Origin: Chrysomallon squamiferum
Taxonomy: Eukaryota > Animalia > Mollusca
Length of the DNA stretch: 64,000 nt
Direction of reading: 5' to 3'
Assembly: GCA_012295275.1 (NCBI GenBank)
Contig: CM022667.1
Location: 2,046,001-2,110,000, forward strand
How positions within the stretch are numbered: the first letter of the stretch is position 1; each line of letters starts with the position of its first letter. The notes beneath the pieces were generated by a model. That model was not told where the DNA came from. It did no database searches and saw nothing but the letters and a program-made list of their open reading frames with translations. The translations under genes were made by a program, and so were the position numbers. Shown here in pieces: positions 1-14,443 of the stretch.

Positions 1-55
1 AAATAACTAACTAACTAACTAAATAAATTAATTAATTAATTAATTAAGAATATAT

Positions 56-208
56 TTACAAAATATAATTAAATAGTACTACAGGTTTTACTACTAATAT
101 TAATATTGCTACTATAACCAGTGTTACTACTACTGTTACTACTACTACTACCACTACTACAATTACTACTATAACTATTATTACCAATATTACTATTGCT
201 ACTGCTTC

Positions 209-247
<39 letters not shown>

Positions 248-253
248 CATTAC

Positions 254-304
<51 letters not shown>

Positions 305-343
305 TATTATCATTATTATTATTATCATTATCATTATTATTAC

Positions 344-395
<52 letters not shown>
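56..395. repeat. (TAC)n/(TAT)n trinucleotide microsatellite in the last TRPC intron
   Basis: Direct reading. It generates the poly-Ile and poly-Leu pseudo-ORFs. Confidence 0.95.
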
Positions 396-399
396 TCAG

Positions 400-590
400 A
401 TGACTTTGAGGAGATCAAGCAGGATATATCAAGTTTCAGGTACGAGATGCTAAATCAGTGGCGATCTCGAGAATCGCTTTTAACCGATATATCGACAAAT
501 GTGACAGCGATAGCAAGTCAGCTAGAGACACTGAGAAATGAAATTGCACAAAAAACTCCAACGATATCTGAAGAGAAAGAAGAAAAATAG
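400..590 (+). CDS. Final coding exon of a TRPC / TRP-gamma-type short transient receptor potential channel (upstream exons lie left of the window)
   Basis: Acceptor tttcAG at 398-399 (phase 1), then an open frame (D)DFEEIKQDISSFRYEMLNQWRSRESLLTDISTNVTAIASQLETLRNEIAQKTPTISEEKEEK-stop (TAG 588-590). EIKQDISSFRYE is the conserved C-terminal coiled-coil motif of TRPC-family channels. Missed by the ORF track. Confidence 0.9.
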
Positions 591-640
591 TTATCTGTGT
601 ATTGAGAAGACAATCAAGTGAAGTTTAACGAAAATGGAAG

Positions 641-1080
641 AATTGGAAAAGAGCTTTTAATCATAAATTGGAAAAGAGCTTTTAATCATAAATTGGAAAA
701 CAGCTTTAAATCAGAAATCGAAAATATCGTTTAATTATAAATTGGAAAACAGCTTTAAAACATATTTCGTTAAAAAAAAAAAAAAAAGTTTAATTATAAA
801 TTTTTAAAGATATTTAATTACAAACTAGAAATGTTCTCTTAACTTGGAAAAAAACTTTAAATCATAAATTGTAAAAATCGTTTAATTATAAATCGGAAAA
901 AAGAGTTTTTAATATTAAATGGGAAATGAGTTTTTAATCATAAATTTGAAGAAACAAAAAATCATTTAATTATAAATTGAAAAATTGTTTTTAATCTTAA
1001 AATGGAAAAGATACTTTAATCATAAATTGGAAAAAAGCTGTTCATCGTGAATCGGGAGCTTGAGCTTTTAATCATAAATT
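641..1080. repeat. Degenerate ~25-bp minisatellite (AATTGGAAAAGAGCTTTTAATCATA) just downstream of the TRPC stop codon
   Basis: Near-perfect copies at 641-690, progressively more degenerate copies to ~1080. Confidence 0.85.
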
Positions 1081-1272
1081 AAACTGAAGTATTATTCTAC
1101 CTGTATAGAAAATGGACTAAGAAAGGAAAAGAAGCTTTCTCATAGAAGGTAAAGCGCCAAATATTTATTATGCCAGCACTTCGTTTTTGTAAAAACACGC
1201 AACATCAGTATTTGTAAATAGTCAAATGAACCTGAACTACACATACAGACACACGCATGTACGTGCACGCAT

Positions 1273-1363
<91 letters not shown>

Positions 1364-2140
1364 GTTACATCCTGGCTCATACACACGCACACACATACAT
1401 AGATAAATATACTCACAAACAACATATACACCCAAACTCACACACATTAATATATATATCCACACATATACATGCACATCCGCACATACATACACAAACA
1501 CTTTAACCATGCATAGTGTTACGAAATTAAAATACCAAAGCTTAGATATTATATTATTATTTTTTTAAATTATTGTTGTTGGTTATTTCCTCATTGCTTT
1601 GTTTTATCATTTGTCTGTTGTCCATTGGTTACACACTTTTAAAAGTGTCCCTTTTAAATATATTAATTAATTATATAATTATTAATCTCTTTGAAATTAT
1701 AATTGATAATATTTGACATTAAATTCATTTTTAGTTCCATTATAGTAATATATTTGCATATGTTTTACTTTTTAATCTTCTTTTCGATAAGTTATTAGAT
1801 GTGTATATGTATATATGTATATTTGTGTGTCTGTGTGCGCATGCGTGTATGTATGTCTGTGTACATATGCACAAAAATAAATATATTATATTACAATTTT
1901 AAAAAAAATAATAGTATAAATAAAAATAGTATTAAAAAGTATAAGTATGAATCATGTTACTGCAGTATGTTCCCATCTTTACGTGCAAAATTACAATATT
2001 ACTCATTCAGGGCGATTCCTAGATCAGGAAAAAGAAAAGTGCCATAAATAAACAATGCAACCAGTTCCATAACGAAATGAAAAATATTTAGATAAACATA
2101 TATCTCTAGGACCTCTCTGTTTCAGTAAAATAAGGCTTCA

Positions 2141-2294
<154 letters not shown>

Positions 2295-2723
2295 ATTTAT
2301 TTATTTATATTTTTAGTTCTGTTTTTCTCTTGGGATTAATGTGAATATGCAAACGTATTGATCTATTACATCCAGTATTAGAAAATATTTTAATTACAGA
2401 AATAATCAACACCTGGTTCTGCTCAAGTGTGTTAATTTGACAAAGTGTTTTTTTTTTTTTTTTTATATATAATATAATATGTCGTTATTTCATTTGTTTA
2501 TTATTGTTTGTTTGTTTATTTATTTATTTAGTTAGTTAGTTGGTTAGTTATTTTATTTATTTTATTTATTTATTTATTTTATTTATTTAGTTATTTTTCT
2601 ATTTATTTAGTTAGTTATTTTTGCTAGTTTTTTGTTTATTCACTTATTCATTCCTTCGTTTATTCATATAATTATAATGTTTTTATTTTGTTTATTTACT
2701 TATCCATTTACTTACTTGTATAT

Positions 2724-2754
<31 letters not shown>

Positions 2755-3150
2755 TTTTATATGGTTCTTATTTCTCTTCTTTACTTATTTCTTATATACG
2801 GATGTCTGTTTTGTGTTTACGTATTTATATATATTCTTTTTGTCAAAGTTTCAAAAATAATTAAACATGCATATATATGTACATACAAACACACACTAAC
2901 ACATACCGACATATATATAATTCCTGAACATTTTCAAAAATATGTGTAGGAAGTGAATTCAAAATAATATAGACAGAGATAGTGGTGATGGTTCACAGTA
3001 AACCTAGAATCCACAGAACAAAGGATCAAAAAGAAAGAAAAAATATGATTTTGTATTCCAGTTTCCTGTGCGAATCCGACATTGCAGATGTATTCAGAAT
3101 GTTTCAGGAATTTGTGTATTTCCTAATTTATCTATAATACCTATTTCCTT

Positions 3151-3210
<60 letters not shown>

Positions 3211-3476
3211 ACACACATATATCTATCTATATATGCACACATATACACACATACAAATTGTTACATAGTTTTTACAATGAAGAGAAAACGCTTACTGATT
3301 GATGTTCAAATGTCTCATTCAGTATTTTCTTCTTTCTTCTTTTCCCTTTTTGTATTGTGTAAATTTTCATATTCGTATTTGTTGCTATTTTCTTTATTAT
3401 TTATAATTTATTCGATAAAACAATTGAAATTATTGAAGTGATCGTATGTATATATATATATATACGTGTGTGTGAA

Positions 3477-3510
<34 letters not shown>

Positions 3511-3864
3511 CATGTATGTATGTATGTGTGTATGTATATATGTAAGTATGTATGTATATATAAATTGTTGGACTTCACTGTGTACCTTTGTAAAATGTTA
3601 TTTTTGCTAACACCGTTTCACAGATTTTTATGCATTGTAAAAATGTGATATTTACTATTTCAGACTTTTATTGTAACATATTGCAATTTCTTGATTAAAA
3701 ATTAAAAAATATCCGTTCTAAAACACTGTTGCGTTATAATTAGGTTTTTTTTTTTAGTTCTTTTTGTTTGTTTGTTTGGTGGGTTTTTTAAGGTTATAAC
3801 AGAGATAATAATATAGGCTCATATATCTTCCTTTACACTGATTCATAAACCAAAGAACGTTAAG

Positions 3865-3932
<68 letters not shown>

Positions 3933-4045
3933 ACAACAACAACAAAAACAACACCAAAAACTATCTCTATTTTTCTGTTTTTCTCTTCCACTTTCTCTTT
4001 GTTTTCTCTCTCTTTTATTCTCTCCATTTTGCAGGATTTCTGTAT

Positions 4046-4132
<87 letters not shown>

Positions 4133-5328
4133 ATCCGTTTACCTATCCTATCCGTCTATCTATCTGTCCATCTATTGATCAATCTATGTATCAGTCTATT
4201 TATCTATATATCTGTCTGTCTGTAGGATTGTCTGTCTATCTATCATCTATCTATTATCTATCTATCTATCTATCCATCTGTCTCTCTATCTACCCACCTA
4301 TCTGTCTATCTATCCATCCACCCATCCATCCATCCATCCATCCATCCATCCATCCATTTATACACGCGCTCTGATCTGCACATCATCTGTGGCTAGTTAA
4401 ACGACGCATCCTTCACAGTAACGCGCCACGCGAAATCCTCCCAAAACACGAAACGTTGTCATTGTTCTTTCCTTAAACGCAGTTCAGCAAATCAATTAGT
4501 GCGGATTGACAAGTCAGACCGAGACTCGTTATTTATTCATTCGCCAAATTATAACGCACCGCATAACGCGACGTCCGACAATGGTGGGGCTTCCATTCAG
4601 CTTTTGTCGTCGCGCGAACAAACAAAACAAACAAAACAAACAAACACACACGTGGCGTGCGGATGAAATATGCAGCACGCCAGTGAACCGGTGCATCAGA
4701 GTTTTGTTGCCCTTTCCTTCCTGGAACTAGTTCCATCTGCCGAGTCTTTTGTTCCGCGCTGTCGCGTCCGTCGAATCACCAGGATGTATCACCATTAATC
4801 AAGATCGATAATACTGAGTAAATACAATGCTACTACTACTACAACGGTACTGCTACTACTACTACCATCACTGTTACTGTTGCCATTACTACAACATCTT
4901 CAGTTAATATTCTACTAACTATTACTATTACTAATTCTAATATTACTGATACTACTACTACAAGAGCTACTACATATACAACTACTACTACTACTATAAG
5001 TACTCCAGCTACTACTACGATAACTACCATAACTACTATTGCTACTACTGTTGCTATTACTTATAACTCTGTAATTACTACAACTGCTTACAAAACAACA
5101 ACTACTACTACTATAAGCTATAACTACTGCAACTACTACAGCTAATATAAATGTTCCTATACAACTTCAAATACTTCTTACTACTGTGACTACTACTACG
5201 ACTATCACCACCATTACTACTAGTGATACTATTAATTCTACGTAATGTATTTTCGATGCTAAGTTACCAGAATCAACGCCTTCTTAATGAACAGGTGTGC
5301 ACAGCACATTTATGATTAAGAACAATAA

Positions 5329-5362
<34 letters not shown>

Positions 5363-5568
5363 AATAATATCAAAACAATACAATTACTGCCACTTCTACT
5401 ACGACTACTACTACTACTACTACTAAAAAAAAAAATAATTTATAATAATACTAATAATAAAGGCAACAACAATAATAACAAAACAATAATAATACTACTA
5501 CAACAACAACAATAACTAAACAATACTACGACTACTACTACTGTCACTACTACTACTACTACTACTAC

Positions 5569-5601
<33 letters not shown>

Positions 5602-6317
5602 CATCAATAATAATAAAGGCAACACCATCAACATCATCAACAACAACAACCCACAAAAAAAAAAAAAAAAAAAAAAACCCATCTTGAACATAATCTATAG
5701 TAAATAATAATTATACAGATAAAACAAGGCCATTAGATTCTGGTTCCATTCATGCTAAAGTGTGTCTGCTGAAACTACAATAATTTCACTGTCAACGTCC
5801 GTAATTCCATCAATTTTGTCAACTCTGTCTTCTTTCGCATTGAACTCGACGACAGACTCATTATCCCTGATATTTAAACATCGATTGTAATCAATACTTC
5901 CTTGATTATATTCAGTCTGTGAAGGTGCGTTATGATTATTAAACCCAAAGAATTTCCATAAGTGATTTCGAGGGTGGGAAGGTGATGGTAACAGAGTCAG
6001 TGTAGGTGTGTCCGTGATGAATTACTGCGAAATCGACACGCGCGTGGTCCTATAAATAGAATCAAAGAAGTATTTTTGTTTTTTGGGGGGATGGTGATAT
6101 TTTGGATTGCGATTATGACTGAGGCGTGACCTGAATTTATTTTTAATCTGAAAAGTAAAATAATGACAGAAATGTAATAGTAATAATAATGGAAACTGAA
6201 ATTAAATGTCTGATGAAATAACTGGAATTTTTTTTTTTTTTTTTTTTTTCTTTATCAAACGTTTCTACTTCGTCATTCTGAGTTAGTCTTTTGTCCTTCT
6301 TCTTCTTCTTCTTCTTC

Positions 6318-6369
<52 letters not shown>

Positions 6370-6426
6370 TTTTACTACTCTTATTATTATTACTACTACT
6401 ATTATTAATATTACTATTATTACTAG

Positions 6427-6475
<49 letters not shown>

Positions 6476-6801
6476 TTTACTATTACTCTCATGCTCTTGG
6501 TTTTCTTTTTTAAATTTTTTTTTTTTTCGCCTTCATTTTCTCTTTTTATTTTCATCTTCATTTTTTTCCTTTTAATTCATTGTTTTCTTTTTTTGTACTG
6601 ACTTCTAGGATGTGTGGTGATTATTTTAAAACACAGACCGCTGTGTCAGACATTTGATACATGGAATCGCCGCAGACTCTAATTTATTATTTATACACCT
6701 CTCAGACATTGTTTTCTTCTAATCTTATTTACAAATTATGAAATTAACAAAATGTTCTTGACTGAGCGTGTGTGTGTGTGTGGTGTGTGTGTACCTGTCT
6801 G

Positions 6802-6865
<64 letters not shown>

Positions 6866-6891
6866 AAGATAGGCACACACACACACACACA

Positions 6892-6922
<31 letters not shown>

Positions 6923-6931
6923 TAGATACAA

Positions 6932-6962
<31 letters not shown>

Positions 6963-7104
6963 CTCTCTTTCTCTCTCTCATGAACATATATATATATCTC
7001 TCAATCTATTTATCTGTCAATATCTTTATATATATATATATATATATTTACGTATGTACGTCGGTGTGTATGTATGTTCAGTGTGTATGTATGTATGTGT
7101 ATAT

Positions 7105-7141
<37 letters not shown>

Positions 7142-7447
7142 TACATACATATATATATATATCAATTTCTTCATTTAGTCCATCAATCTGTCAGTCTGTT
7201 TTTCTGTCGCTAATTGTCTGTCTGCAGACTGATGATCTATCATGTTATCCTATATTAGGAAACCAGGACGACAAAAATAATCCAGGTCAAGTTAATATTT
7301 AATTTTAACAAAATATCAATGATACCAAGGCTATCCATCCACTTAGCGTTAGCGTAAAAAAAATAATAATAATAATTTCGCAAATTTCTAATAACACAGC
7401 CATTAGTTCAAATCAAATTGACAATCAGAGAAACTTTTTATAGAAAA

Positions 7448-7479
<32 letters not shown>

Positions 7480-7911
7480 AAAACATATTATGGAAGATGA
7501 AATTCAGCCTGTCGTTAAAAGGCAACGTTTTTGCGTGTCGTATTCTTTCCGAAAATGTCGAAAGACTCAAATGTCAAAAGAGCGGCTGTATATGAACTGG
7601 AAAAACTACTAACATTGACGTAGGCTTCTTACCTAAAGATGCTGACTTGGCAAACTCATCTGATTAATTCCCAATACATTTTATGTAGAGCAAAGGTCAT
7701 CGTAATCATGTTAAGTACACTTTCGGTTACGACGGCTGAGAGAAATAATTATACTGGCATTGGAGACGAAAAAAAAAAAAAAGTGTAATCTTAAAAGCTT
7801 TTTAAAATTGTCATACTTTATTATTAGCAAAGTATGGACGCCTATAACAATTAGAAATAATTATTTTGAAAAAATGTACGAAATGCATTTAGATTATGTT
7901 TTGGTAGTCAG

Positions 7912-7957
<46 letters not shown>

Positions 7958-8315
7958 GAACAAAGAAAGAAACAAACAAACAAAGATAATTTAAAAAAAG
8001 ACGTTAGAAGGTAATTAAGATTATTCTTCAAGGAAAATACAAAACAAAACAAACAAAAACGTAAAAATAGAAGCTGATAACATTATCATTCAGGTGTTCG
8101 GTCAAATCCATTTAAAAGCATAAAATTAAAACTAAAGCCCTTGAAAATGAAAAAAAATAATAAAACTGAATACTGATGTTTAGATTTCTATTAGCGCATA
8201 AAATCATCGCATGAAAGATAATTAAATTTTAAAAATCAGTAAAAAAATATATTTTCTTCTACAAGAGCACGGTTCTAGACACGAAATAAATAAAAAAATT
8301 AAAAATTAAAATTAA

Positions 8316-8365
<50 letters not shown>

Positions 8366-9249
8366 GACGACTAGAAATTACATCCTGCTTCCATAATAAT
8401 TTTTTTTAAATTACTAACGGGAAAACATGTAATGGCAGTTTATCGTATTTTAATGTTACAGACAATAAACTGACGAGCCGACGAAATGAAAGAGTGCACC
8501 AAATATTCATTTTATTTATTAATAGCATCAAATCTGATATTTTCTCTTTCGTTGCCCATGAACCTGTATGTGTGCAAATGTCTCCGGGAAGCGAGTCATT
8601 GAGTCACTGAATATCTGGAATGGGAAATAATCAAATAAGAACAGTTAAGAGAGGTGATCCTGTAAACCATCAATCCCCAGGCTAGTTATGTGTAACCGCA
8701 CCCATGTTACGATGTACTTACTGCCACCGGTAAAAATATGTTAACTAACATGTGTTATTTCTAACAATAACAGTTTATGGTTTAATTTATGTTTATTCTC
8801 GATTCCATTACTATCAGCTCTAGTGTTATCATTTGTTGTCGTCACCATCATTTTATTATTTATTAATCATCACCATCATCATCTACATTAATCATCATAT
8901 TTATTTTCACTATCATCTGCGTCTTTGCCACCATCATCTTTCTGTTTACCATCATCATATGTATATTTTCCACCATCTTTAATTTTGCTACAAATATCTC
9001 TAACATTTTTATCTCTCTCTTTATCATTGTCATCTCTGTCTTTACCATTATTATCTCTGTGTTTATGACCATCATCTTTTCGTTCAAGTTAATTAAAAAT
9101 GTATTTTAATAGCAACGAGCTTTTGAACGTCGTTTATAAGTTATGAAATTAATTTGAATGATAGATATCATTATTAAAATATTAAAATCAAATAATAACG
9201 ATAATAATAATAATTAAAAAAAAAATAAAAAAATAATAATAAAAACAAC

Positions 9250-9302
<53 letters not shown>

Positions 9303-9532
9303 TAATAATATCCAAATATTCAAATTCTTTTTCTTTGAAAGTGTTTGAAAGTGCAAAGACTCAAAGAGTCGCAATACGGTTAAAAATACACTGGAATTAT
9401 TTCTGCTAAAACTAAACACGTTAAAACATTACTGACATTCACAGCTGGTTTCTCATTCAGCTAATTAGCCGTAGATGAAAAAAGAATAAAGATTTACTTT
9501 GTAATCAGAAACGAAACACGTTTTAGGGCTTG

Positions 9533-9563
<31 letters not shown>

Positions 9564-11462
9564 TATGCATGTACTTTGATATCGGATTGCACTGTGGACA
9601 CGAAGAAGTATGAAAGGAAAGAAAGAATTAATAAGGAAACAAAGAAAGAAGGAGGAAGAAAACAAACAAGAAAGAGAGGAGTGATTGATCAGTGAATGAG
9701 TGAATGAATAAATGAATGAATAACAATCAATTTAAAAGATAAGAAGAAGAAGAAGACGTAGAAGAAAAAAAGAAGAGATAGAACAACAACTACAACAACG
9801 ATAATAATGATAATAATAATAATAATAATAATAATGACAAAAAGAATAACAATAAATAATAATAATAATAATAATAACACTAATGCTGTTAAAAGAAAGA
9901 AAGAAAAAAGAAATGATAGAAAGAAAAACTAAAATAGACTAACAGACAAATGTCGAAGGATTAGAGAATGTTTGAATGGACAGAAAGAAAGATGAGAAAA
10001 TAATCAATGAATATATATTTTTTTAAATTAATATCGCTGATTGTATAAATTACTTTTTTCTATCCATGTAGGAGTTTATCAGGTATACTCAATATTAATC
10101 ATTTTCTTCTTTTTTTTTAATAACTAGGATCTAACCATGGTGGTCGTCTGTTTTAATTCTTGGCCAGAATTGGTCGTAATTCAAATCAAATAAAATAAAA
10201 TAAAAAAAAAAAAAAAATCTACATTTCTATTCTCAGTCATTTCGCAATAAAGTCATTAATCACCGAACACGATTGATTATTAATACAGCAAAAACGACGA
10301 AGTTCTCATCTATCACAGTGACGTCTATTTTTACTTATCTATGGAGAACATGTTGCGAGAAATCAGAAATCCTATCCAACAAAATCCCAAGAGTCCGAAA
10401 TGGCGTTCTCTGAAAACGATGCTAATTCCGTTTCGGGTTCCTTGTTTGATTTACATGAATACAATCCCGAAAATCTTCTTGCCTCGAACTGAGATAAAAA
10501 CGGCCAAAAGTGAGAAGGAAGGAAATTATTTCTGAAGGAACGGATAGAACAGATATATCTTTCTTTTTTTCTTTTTTTCAGTATATAAAGCTTTCAGGCA
10601 TAGATTATTGTTTGTAATTGAATCTGAAGGCGATATGAAAGGCTGCTACAATGAAAGTTAAATGATCGTCTTGGTTAAAAAGCTGCCCTCCTGTTTTCCA
10701 GTACGTGTTAATTATTCATGAGAAAACGCCCATTGTGACCTGTACGAAATCTTTGGAGAATACACTGCAGACAGTAATACACTTAGCCGTTCATGAATTG
10801 AAATATTACACGCGGCTCATTGAACTTAGGGGTGTGGGATCGAATCCGTTTAACAGCACCGATACTCATTTCTGAAACTGACGTCTGAATGTATGCTGAT
10901 GTCTGAATGTGTATTAATGTAATTAAAAATCGACGTATTTTAAAAATAAAACCAGTGACTTTATTATCATGTCAAATATTATGATTGATGGTATTAATGA
11001 CAGTGTAAAATACACATAGTTTGTATTTTTAAGTAAAAGCCAGTAATGTTGATAATTATCTGTTTATTTAAATTATGAGTCAATTAAAGTAAATTATTTC
11101 CATACACGCACATAAACTTGAGCGCGCGCGCACTCACACACACACACACATATATATATATACTGTCTATAAAAATTATAATGATAAAAATAAATACTTA
11201 ATGCCCGAAGTTTAATGGGCAACAAATTATAAAGAGCTTGCTGTTCATTTTCAGGTATTTTAAGCGCACTTTATAAGGATCATAAAAATTGCTATTTTAT
11301 GTGTTGCTTCATGTACGAACAACAGTTATTATTTCATCAAGTCATCGGAGAAATCAAAATGACATATTGTGATTCTTTCTTTCTTTCTTTATTTGTTTGT
11401 TTGTTTGTTTTGTTTGATTGTTTTGTTTTATTTTTTTATCTATCTATTTATCTATTTATCTA

Positions 11463-11493
<31 letters not shown>

Positions 11494-12073
11494 TTCTTTC
11501 TTTTTTTCTATCTATTTTTTAAATTTATTAATTAATTAATTTATTATTATAACGTTTTTTTTTTTTTTTTTTTGATTGTACATGTGTGGATTCATGTTTT
11601 GTGTAGAATTGTTGTTTTTTGGGAGGGATTGTTGTTTTTATTGGATTTTTATTTTTTTATTTTATTTTTTTTTTTTTTTTTTTTTTTGATGGGAGTTTTT
11701 CGAGGGTTTCGAGGTTCAAGTCGGAATACAGAAAACAGGAAAGAGGAGTTCCTGAACAAAACCTGTCCTACAGTCAGAAAGGTTTTCCGAAATCCGATAA
11801 GTAGAGAACCTCTGTACTAGATAAACTTATTTCTAAACACAACAACTCTTATTTGGCTTGGCTTGGTTTGGCTATTGCTGTAGGCTACATGCTAAGATTT
11901 CATATTTCGTAACGAATTTGAGACGAAAACAAAAAATCTTTCTTTTATTTATTCCAGTTCAAGGTACTACATGTCACGTTTCTTGTGTTACAGAGGTGTG
12001 ACTGACACGATCCCTTTATTCTGGGATGGGATAACAGTTAATTTTATTTTATTTTATTATTCTATTTCCTTTA

Positions 12074-12123
<50 letters not shown>

Positions 12124-12754
12124 GTATTAATATTGTTATTATCATCGTCATCATTACCATATATATATATATATCTAACTGGCCAGTAATGTAAAATAAT
12201 GAATGTATTAGTATTTAGATTTGCTCGGCAGCTTACAGAACAAATCATTAGATGGTTTAGACATTAAAACAAAGATAATCTCTTCCGCTTTTTAATTAAT
12301 GAATTTGTCAGTTCCTGGTTATTATCAGACAATGTACTATAGTCTACCATCTAGAAAAAAAAAAAGATATCTATTTAAGACTTAAAACCCAGCGCTGGTA
12401 AATTCAATAAAAAAAAACAAAAAAAACCTAATGAATGTACTTTAATATTAACAGCAATAAAACTGTTAATTCAGGCAAAGCTTGAAAATCTAGATTGCAT
12501 TGTATTCAATGATTGAAAGTATTCTTGGAGAACATCCGATAAAAATAAAACAAAATAATTTTTAACGTATTTACAAAACAAAAAAAAAGGGATAAACAAG
12601 AAGAAACAAAAGATAAATAATAAATTAACTTTGAATAAGGCTTAAAACAAATAACAGTAAATAAATTTAAAATATAGTAATTGTTGAATACGAGTAGCAG
12701 ATACGAGATCTGATGTCAATATATTTAAAATCTCCGTTACTTGTGTCTGTATCC

Positions 12755-12786
<32 letters not shown>

Positions 12787-13096
12787 TAATACGACGACGA
12801 CGACAATTACTACTACCAGTTCTGCTACTTCTATAATACTACCGTTCCTATTTCTTCAACTACCACTTCTACCATTTCTACTAAGACTGACACTACTACT
12901 ACAACAACTACTACTGCTACCACTACTGCTACTACCACTACTACCTCTAACACTTAATCTGTTGTCACCATGGCAAGGATCTGCTACTAAAACACTGACT
13001 GCTGGTACTGCTTTTGCTATCACTATAACTACTCATAATGTTATTACTACAACCTCCACTGCTACGACGACTACAACGACTATTACCACTAGTATG

Positions 13097-13138
<42 letters not shown>

Positions 13139-13146
13139 GTAATAGC

Positions 13147-13207
<61 letters not shown>

Positions 13208-14373
13208 GTAATAGCAATAATAATAATAATAATAAGCAGAAGAAGAAGAAGAAGAAGAAGAAATGGAAGAAAAACAAACAAAATGAACTGTCCACACATT
13301 TTTAATAAAAACCATTCAAGGACTGGTTACTAAAACTAGACTGGTCACACACAATTAATACGAACAACCTTTAAGTTTATTTCTTTTCTTTTACCAGATC
13401 ATCGACTGCATACCATCACGTTACCTAGACATCTGACCTTCCCTTTTTTTTTTTAAATACAAATAATACGAAAAGTTAGCCATATAAAAGAATTTGATAG
13501 TGCATGGGGAATAGCCCGTATTGACTTATTTCAAGAGAAACTGTCAAATAGCTGAAGTAGGCCCAGTAAACGAATGTATGTATTTACAGACGTTTTATCT
13601 GCATCCATATTTTCTTGTTTGACGAAGTAAAGAAGATATTATAGATGATGATAATGATAATGATTATGATGATGATAACAATAACCTCAGTAGCAATAGT
13701 AGTAACTGTAGTTGTAGTAGTAGCAGTAGTAGTAGTAGTAGCATAAGTAATAATAGTAGTAACTGTAGTTGTAGTAGTAGCTGTGGTCGTAGTAGTAACA
13801 GAAAACATATTTTAAACTGTTTAATATGCATGCAGTTTTCAGTTTATATATATATATATATCTATGTGTAGATTTTGTTTTGTTTTGTTTTTATTTTATT
13901 TCGTATAATTTCTTTCATATTTTTTCTTTTTTTTACTTATTCTTTTTTTTATTTTTATTTTTTTTTTTTTACGTCCTGTTCAAAAGAAAATATTCTCTGT
14001 ACACAAAGAATCAGTGTTTAATTCATGATATTAAATATTTCGTTTTGGCGGGAAAAGAAAAACAGGTTATGTGGAATGTTTCGATGAATGGATACGCAGA
14101 TAAAAGAAATATAACTGTATGGGGACATACTGCGAGAACATTCTGTGTTATAGATTTCTGTCTTATTCGCTCTCTCTCTCTCTCTCTCTTTACTTTTCGA
14201 CCTCTGTCTTTCTATATTTCTCTGTATGGATATATATGTGTTTATATATGTGATGTATGTGTATGTATGTGTGCATGGATATAAATATAAATATATATAT
14301 ATATACAAACATACATCACTCTCCCTTTATTTATCTGTCTGTCTCTCTATGTATCCATATATCTATATGTCTC

Positions 14374-14443
<70 letters not shown>

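Noticed and set aside
641-1080. Regularly spaced repeats resembling a CRISPR array
   Set aside because: Head-to-tail degenerate units without unique spacers, no cas genes, and a eukaryotic intron-containing context.
10825-10860. B-box-like GGGATCGAATCC suggesting a tRNA
   Set aside because: No cloverleaf or A-box can be built; at most a decayed SINE head.
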